A stretch of 64,000 bases of DNA. Source: Alphaproteobacteria bacterium (GTDB lineage: Bacteria > Pseudomonadota > Alphaproteobacteria > CAAGCB01 > CAG-977). The position numbers were made by a program, and so were the translations under genes. The DNA is taken from positions 486 through 64,485 of the forward strand of contig JAFZYY010000019.1 in NCBI GenBank assembly GCA_017616015.1. Direction: 5' to 3'. Below the pieces are notes generated by a model. The model saw only the letters and a list, made by a program, of their open reading frames with translations, ran no database searches and had not been told where the DNA came from. Positions 58,475 to 64,000 of the stretch are shown here, in pieces; positions within the stretch are counted from its first letter, which is position 1; each line of letters starts with the position of its first letter.

Positions 58475-60532
58475 ATGGCTGAAACGAACACAGAAACACA
58501 GCAACCGCAGTCTTCCGCTCCTACTGATTCTTTTGTAACGCGCAAAGAAGATTTTTCTCTTGTCCGCGGCAAATACAGAGTCTACTTCAATTTACCTTTG
58601 GCTTTATTGGATATGCCAAATGCCAAAGCTTTTCAGGCCGAAGACATATCGGCTCCAGAACATAAAATTTTCGCATTGGTCTGCGATCCCAAATTGCCGA
58701 TCAGAAAAGACCATATCAAAGCCAGAAGCGGGGCAAAAATCGACGGATTGCTTCCGTTAGTGGACGCGGGATCGGCTTTTTGGGTTCCGATTAATCGTAA
58801 GACTATGATCTTACTGTATGAAATGCCTTTAGGCGGACGGGTTCTGATTTCCAAGGCGTACGGTAAGATTTTACCGGACGAAGAAGCTGAAAAAATTTCA
58901 AAATGGATTCGACCGCTGTTGGTCGGAATAGGAAATCTGGCCGTGCGCGGATTGACGCACAGAGCCATTCGGCCGGATAATCTGTTTTACATGGACGCTG
59001 ATAAAACAAAAGTCGTTTGGGGCGATTGCATTTCCGCTCCGCCCGGATACGATCAGCCCCCGGCCTTTGAAACCATAGAAACCTCTATGTGTCAGAAAGA
59101 GGGAAAAGGAAACGGAACGACAGCAGATGATTTGTACGCTTTCGGGGCTACGTTGCTTTGTTTGAGTGTCGGTTACAATCCGGTTGAAAACCTTTCTCCC
59201 GAAGAATTGCTGGAGCTGAAAATTTATAAAGGTTCTTACGCCACACTGATTGGCGAAGAACGGGTTCCTTTGGCTTTGATCGAGCTGTTTCGGGGGTTGC
59301 TGGCAGATAATATCAATCAACGCTGGGACACGTCGTCAACGACGTTATGGGCGGACGGACGACGCCTGACGCCGGTGCAGGCAAGGGCGGTAAAAGCTTC
59401 TCAGCGTCCGTTTTTGTTTAATAATATCGAATATTTTTCTTTCCGGCCGTTGGCTTATGCTTTTTCCAAAAACTGGGATATGGCGATAGATACAATCCGC
59501 TCGGAAAAATTTCTGAGCTGGATAGAACGCGGCTTTGACGATAAAGATACTGCGGACTCAATCCGAAAATCGATCGATATGGCGTTGGTGCGCTTTTCAA
59601 CAAAAGAAAAACAGGACGACTTTTTCGTTGCCAGAACATGCATGATTTTGGATCCTCTTGCGCCGTTGAGAGTGCGTGAATGCATGTTTTTGCCAGACGC
59701 GTTGGGAACAATGCTGGCAATGAGTATCGAAGACAATAAAAAAATAAAAAAACTGGTCGGATTGATCGCAACCGGATACTTGGAAAGCTGGTATGAATTC
59801 CATAAAGATATGGTCGCCGAACAAAATATTAAGAACTGGCAGATTACTTTGCAAAAACCGACAATGGGAATGGGCATCGAAAAACTGCTGTACGATTTAA
59901 ACGAAGGTCTGCCCTGCCAAAGTCCGTTGCTTGTTAAAGACTATGTCGATGAAATCAGGGATTTGTTGCCGGCTTTGGAAGACGTCGTCAAGAAAAACGC
60001 TCAGAAAGCCGAACCGATTGACAGGCATATCGCCGCTTTTATTGTCGTTAAGTTCGGCGCGAAGGTTTCGGAATATATGTCATGGCTGAATTCGCCTAAA
60101 GAAAGTCTGCACATTCAGGGCATTATGAATATTTTCGCAACGTTGCAAAAAATGTTCGGTCCGGAACATCTTTATGCGTTGACCAGCTGGATCGGCAGTA
60201 TGGTTGCTCCTGTGATTAACAGTTACCATAATCTTGAAAAACGCCAACAACTGGAAAAAAATTTACCCAAAGTTATTCGAAAAGGAAATTTTTTGGAACT
60301 TTGTTCTTTTCTGGACGATAAGCAGGAACGTTTGTATGACGTCAGTTACTTTGAACAGGCGAAAAAGGAATACGCCAAGCTGTCAGAAGAAATTGACTTC
60401 TTGGACGGTAACCGCGAAAAACGCGAAGAAGAAGGGCTGATGCTCGGCAATCAAATTGCCGCTGTTATTTGTTTCGGCATTGCCGTTTTAACGATGTTCC
60501 TGCTGTTGCTGACACGGCTGTTAAGGGGATAG
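58475..60532 (+). CDS. eukaryotic-like protein kinase fold protein, predicted pseudokinase, with C-terminal TM anchor
   Basis: Catalytic-loop-like LTHRAIRPDNLF (HRD becomes HRA), a WGDC in place of DFG, and a subdomain-IX-like ADDLYAFGATLLCL. A C-terminal hydrophobic helix (IAAVICFGIAVLTMFLLLL). Confidence 0.55.
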   Translation: MAETNTETQQPQSSAPTDSFVTRKEDFSLVRGKYRVYFNLPLALLDMPNAKAFQAEDISAPEHKIFALVCDPKLPIRKDHIKARSGAKIDGLLPLVDAGSAFWVPINRKTMILLYEMPLGGRVLISKAYGKILPDEEAEKISKWIRPLLVGIGNLAVRGLTHRAIRPDNLFYMDADKTKVVWGDCISAPPGYDQPPAFETIETSMCQKEGKGNGTTADDLYAFGATLLCLSVGYNPVENLSPEELLELKIYKGSYATLIGEERVPLALIELFRGLLADNINQRWDTSSTTLWADGRRLTPVQARAVKASQRPFLFNNIEYFSFRPLAYAFSKNWDMAIDTIRSEKFLSWIERGFDDKDTADSIRKSIDMALVRFSTKEKQDDFFVARTCMILDPLAPLRVRECMFLPDALGTMLAMSIEDNKKIKKLVGLIATGYLESWYEFHKDMVAEQNIKNWQITLQKPTMGMGIEKLLYDLNEGLPCQSPLLVKDYVDEIRDLLPALEDVVKKNAQKAEPIDRHIAAFIVVKFGAKVSEYMSWLNSPKESLHIQGIMNIFATLQKMFGPEHLYALTSWIGSMVAPVINSYHNLEKRQQLEKNLPKVIRKGNFLELCSFLDDKQERLYDVSYFEQAKKEYAKLSEEIDFLDGNREKREEEGLMLGNQIAAVICFGIAVLTMFLLLLTRLLRG

Positions 60533-60535
60533 AAC

Positions 60536-61081
60536 ATGCTTGATGATAAACAAAGGCAACAAAATGCTAAACGAAAAGATTCCCTTCTGACCACGGGCTT
60601 TTCGTTTTTGATCCTGTTCCCGATGATGTATTTAATGCTGCCGACGGTTATTTTCCTGTTTTTAGGCATGTTACCGACATTGGTGGCTTTAGTCGTCGAT
60701 TCCAGTTCCAAGTCGAAACTTAAATATAAGTGGCTGTGCATCGGCGGATTAAATTTCGCAGGCTCTTTGCCGTACTTGTTTCGCTTATGGTTCAGCGGTA
60801 ACAACACATGGGACGGCGCCGTCGAGATGTTTTTAAGCGGTATGGCTTTCTTTATTATTTATCTGACGGCGTTTATCGGATATTTGCTCTATCGCTATAT
60901 TCCTCCCGTTGTTTTAAGCTTTCTGGAATTGTCCGATCAGCGGCGCGTCGTTAATTTGCGCGAAGCTCAGGTTAAACTGATCGCTAAATGGGGAGAGGAA
61001 GTCGCGTCCGGCGTTGCGGTTAATGTCTCCGAACCGTCAAAAAATAAAGCCGATTCCTCAAACGAAGCTAAAAAGAAGTAG
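60536..61081 (+). CDS. small polytopic membrane protein, partner of the kinase-like gene
   Basis: 181 aa with 3-4 TM helices. Starts 4 nt after the kinase-like gene stop. Confidence 0.5.
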   Translation: MLDDKQRQQNAKRKDSLLTTGFSFLILFPMMYLMLPTVIFLFLGMLPTLVALVVDSSSKSKLKYKWLCIGGLNFAGSLPYLFRLWFSGNNTWDGAVEMFLSGMAFFIIYLTAFIGYLLYRYIPPVVLSFLELSDQRRVVNLREAQVKLIAKWGEEVASGVAVNVSEPSKNKADSSNEAKKK

Positions 61082-62543
61082 AACTGTCGCTTTTCTTTTC
61101 TTTGCGCCATGCTAACGGTAGTAACAGGACGAATACGGTCATGTATTCCAAACGTCCCAGCATCATGTTGTAAGAAAGCAACCATTTCGCGCTGACCGGC
61201 AGGTTTGCGAAACTGCCGCCGGATCCGACGACCGGTCCGAAGGCGATGCCCGTATTGCCCAGGCTGGACAAAGTCGCGCTGACGCATGTGATAAAATCCA
61301 ATCCGATCAACGCCAGCAACAAAACGGACAGCAAAAACGACAACAGGAAAATCGCCATAAACACGAACACGCCGGACGAAATTTCTTCGGTCAGCGGTTT
61401 TCCGTTATATTTGGCGATAAAGATACCGTGCGGTAAAATCTTGCGGCGCAGATACTGCATGGACGACAGGTACATAATGTTAAAACGGAATATCTTGATT
61501 CCGCCGGACGTCGATCCGCTACACGCGCCGATCGGCAGTAAAAACGTGAAGAACATTACCGCAAAACTGCCCCAGGATTCAATGTCGCTGTTTAAAAATC
61601 CCGAAGAAGTGACGACGGAAATAAAGTTAAACGCCGAATATCTGATTGCGGTGAACAAAGGAATGTCTTTAGTCAGAATCAGATAAACGGTTAAGATTGC
61701 CGTGCTGCACAAATAGAAGTACGCGTACGTTTTGATCTGTGTGTCATTCTTGACGGAGTTCCAGTTTTTCTTGATCAGAAAGTACGAAACCAATAAAGGC
61801 ATACCGCAGACAAACATGAAAAAGGTCATCACCCATTGCGAAAAAGCGTTTAATTCCATTGCCGACGAATTTCTGGGAGCAAATCCGCCTGTCGGAATTG
61901 TCGATAAAGTGAAGGTCAACGCTTCGAACCAGTCCAGTTCGGATATGTACAGCAGGATTGTGCAGATAATCGTAAAGATTACGTAGATAATCATGATCAT
62001 GCCGATGATTTGTGACGTTTTCGGCAAAGATTTATCGGATTTGTCCGAAGATTCCATCGTGTACAGCTGCATGCCGCCGATGCGCAGCAAAGGCAGAATT
62101 CCCAAGGCGATAAAGATAATTCCGACTCCGCCGAACCATTGCAGCATGCCTCGCCACAGCAAAATACCGCGCGGCTGAACGGATAAATCTCGGATCATTG
62201 ACGCGCCCATAGTCGATAGTCCGGACATCGCTTCAAAAAAAGCGTCCGTATAATTCAAAGAATCGGGACCGAAATAAAACGGCACGGCGCAAAACGCGCA
62301 GACCAACAACCATACCAGCGACGTTGTCAGGTACATTTCCCGCACGCTCAGTTTTTCGTACTTGTTGTAGAAAGTCGTGACAAACAAAGCGCCTGAAAAA
62401 ACGGTTACGCCGCCCGCTTGCCAAAAAGCCTTGGCGGAACCGATGTTTCCGTCCGAAAAATCTAAAAATCCGGGGATAATCATGATCGCGCCGAAGATGA
62501 TTAAAATACAGCCCGAAATGAAAAAAGTGATTCCCGCTCTCAT
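61068..62543 (-). CDS. trkH: TrkH/KtrB-family potassium uptake protein
   Basis: About 10 TM helices with repeated selectivity-filter-like GxG segments (STMGAS; PTGGFAP; LGNTGIA). 491 aa. Confidence 0.75.
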   Translation of the reverse strand: MRAGITFFISGCILIIFGAIMIIPGFLDFSDGNIGSAKAFWQAGGVTVFSGALFVTTFYNKYEKLSVREMYLTTSLVWLLVCAFCAVPFYFGPDSLNYTDAFFEAMSGLSTMGASMIRDLSVQPRGILLWRGMLQWFGGVGIIFIALGILPLLRIGGMQLYTMESSDKSDKSLPKTSQIIGMIMIIYVIFTIICTILLYISELDWFEALTFTLSTIPTGGFAPRNSSAMELNAFSQWVMTFFMFVCGMPLLVSYFLIKKNWNSVKNDTQIKTYAYFYLCSTAILTVYLILTKDIPLFTAIRYSAFNFISVVTSSGFLNSDIESWGSFAVMFFTFLLPIGACSGSTSGGIKIFRFNIMYLSSMQYLRRKILPHGIFIAKYNGKPLTEEISSGVFVFMAIFLLSFLLSVLLLALIGLDFITCVSATLSSLGNTGIAFGPVVGSGGSFANLPVSAKWLLSYNMMLGRLEYMTVFVLLLPLAWRKEKKSDSSTSF

Positions 62544-62552
62544 TGAAAATCC

Positions 62553-64000
62553 TTACAGCGGCGCGCAGGCTTCCGCCAGCCAATCCGCCGTCTGTTTGTC
62601 GACGAAAGGCGAAATGATTCTGCGAATGCGGGCGTGATAGCCGTCCACCCAGGCTTTTTCGCGCGGCGTCAGTTGCGTTTTGTCGATTAATCGTCTGTCA
62701 AACGGAGCCAGACTGAGCGTTGAAAGCCCCAGAATTTTAATTTCCGACCCTTCCGCCGGCGGCAAAGGTTCGACCATGACGACGTTTTCCAACCGGATTC
62801 CGAAAGCGTCGGCTTTGTAATATCCCGGTTCGTTTGAAATCAGCATGCCCGGCATTAAAGCGATGCGATTATTGCCGCGGGCTATTCTTTGCGGCCCTTC
62901 GTGAACACTTAAAAAGCTGCCTATGCCGTGTCCTGTGCCGTGTGCGTAATCGACTCCGTCCCGCCATAAAAACTGACGCGCCAGAATATCCAGCTGGGAA
63001 CCGGTTGTTCCTTCCGGAAAAGCGATCGTGGCGATCGCGATATGTCCCTTTAGGACTTGTGTGTAGCGCTTCTTTTCTACGGCGGAAACCTCGCCGACGG
63101 CAACCGTGCGCGTAATGTCCGTCGTTCCGTCCAGATACTGCGCTCCCGTATCAATCAGGAATATTGAATTTTTCCTGATCGGCGCGTTGTTCCGTTCGTT
63201 CGTATGATAGTGAATATAAGCCGCGTTTTTGCCGGCGGCCGCGATTGTGGCAAAGCTTTCCCCGCGGTACAGCGGATTGTCCGCGCGGAATTCTGCAATT
63301 TTGCGCGCGGCGTCCATCTCTTTTAATTCGCCTTTCGGAGCTTCCTTGTCAAACCAGGCTAAGAAACGGCACATCGCAATACCGTCTTTGACATGAGCAT
63401 TCACCGCGCCGTTGCGTTCGATCGTGTTTTTGCAGGCTTTGCGGATCAGGCAGGGATCTTCTTTGGAATGAACGATTGCGCCGGCGGCGGACAGGCGTTC
63501 GTAAATCCATGCCGGAGAGAGAGCCATATCCAACTGCACGCGCGCTTTCTGGATCCCCAAAGCGTCCAAAGTCACCGCCATCAGCTCGGGATCTTTGACT
63601 TCGACCAAAGAGCTGAGTTGCGCGCGTACATGAGGTTGAATCTTTTCCGGATTGACAAACCAGTCAAGCGTACCGTTTTTATACAGGACGGCGAAAGACT
63701 GGACGACGGGAATGTAAGGAATATCCCGGCCGCGCACGTTTAACAGCCAACAAATCGATTCCGGCGAAGTCAGCACGAGCGCGTCGTCTTGGTCTATCCC
63801 CAAAGACGCCGTGACATCGACAATTTTGGACGTGCTGTCCAGTCCGGTATAATTCTCGGGTAAAAAGACGGCCCATTGCGTTTCTTCTTTCGGCTTGTCC
63901 GTCCACAGCAGATCAATCGGATTATACGGAAGAGGAACGATCTTCGCGCCGTTTTTCGCGCAGGCGGAAGCCATTTTCCTGATTTCGTCCGGCGTGTGCA
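62553..64000 (-). CDS. pepP: Xaa-Pro aminopeptidase (M24B, aminopeptidase P family); 5' end beyond window
   Basis: M24 metal ligands (DTGAQY; HGTGHGIG; NEPGYY). The ORF continues upstream of the last Met (...HTPDEIRKMASACA) to the window edge. Confidence 0.75.
   Translation of the reverse strand, partial: HTPDEIRKMASACAKNGAKIVPLPYNPIDLLWTDKPKEETQWAVFLPENYTGLDSTSKIVDVTASLGIDQDDALVLTSPESICWLLNVRGRDIPYIPVVQSFAVLYKNGTLDWFVNPEKIQPHVRAQLSSLVEVKDPELMAVTLDALGIQKARVQLDMALSPAWIYERLSAAGAIVHSKEDPCLIRKACKNTIERNGAVNAHVKDGIAMCRFLAWFDKEAPKGELKEMDAARKIAEFRADNPLYRGESFATIAAAGKNAAYIHYHTNERNNAPIRKNSIFLIDTGAQYLDGTTDITRTVAVGEVSAVEKKRYTQVLKGHIAIATIAFPEGTTGSQLDILARQFLWRDGVDYAHGTGHGIGSFLSVHEGPQRIARGNNRIALMPGMLISNEPGYYKADAFGIRLENVVMVEPLPPAEGSEIKILGLSTLSLAPFDRRLIDKTQLTPREKAWVDGYHARIRRIISPFVDKQTADWLAEACAPL

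Overview
The window is a 64 kb chromosomal segment of a diderm (Gram-negative) bacterium. Its composition is mixed: mostly GC-moderate with Arg-rich antisense frames, interrupted by AT-rich blocks. Taxonomic clues are class I LysRS, FlbT, an APH-type homoserine kinase and hisZ-purA, which are proteobacteria-like, together with LL-DAP aminotransferase DapL. The affiliation cannot be settled from sequence alone.

Gene content in order:
- Truncated class I lysyl-tRNA synthetase (lysK).
- An AT-rich five-gene island with an N6-adenine plus a C5-cytosine DNA methyltransferase, followed by three small unknown ORFs (1560-5438).
- A DinG/Rad3-type Fe-S helicase, then an AT-rich coiled-coil lipoprotein.
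- gltX, dapL and dapF (LL-diaminopimelate pathway).
- An atypical ClpA/B-like AAA+ protein.
- A complete N-type, probably Na+-translocating, F-ATPase operon in the order atpD-C-Q-R-B-E-F-A-G on the minus strand.
- thrB (APH type), ispH, pepA, a ZntB/CorA transporter, tsaC/sua5 and an MsbA-like ABC exporter.
- A PLP fold-II enzyme, flbT and a highly divergent flagellin.
- A transglutaminase plus a fused circularly permuted ATP-grasp/alpha-E gene pair.
- A secreted SNase-like nuclease.
- The alpha-2-macroglobulin/PbpC pair, a U32 peptidase and two lipoproteins.
- An acnB-icd-gltA operon whose icd is a short (593 aa) monomeric-type isocitrate dehydrogenase homolog.
- A catalytically degenerate Fic protein with a C-terminal MerR-type HTH, hisZ-purA, and a membrane-anchored eukaryotic-like pseudokinase with a small membrane partner.
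- trkH and a truncated aminopeptidase P.

No tRNA/rRNA genes, CRISPR arrays, integrases or transposases were seen.

The best candidate for a previously undescribed system is the AT-rich dual-methyltransferase island. Its nuclease side appears to be a 303-aa protein with two degenerate LAGLIDADG-like motifs, translationally coupled to a 165-aa PD-(D/E)xK protein. Secondary candidates are the degenerate Fic-HTH gene riding on the TCA operon, the compact IDH, the atypical Clp-like ATPase and the pseudokinase pair.
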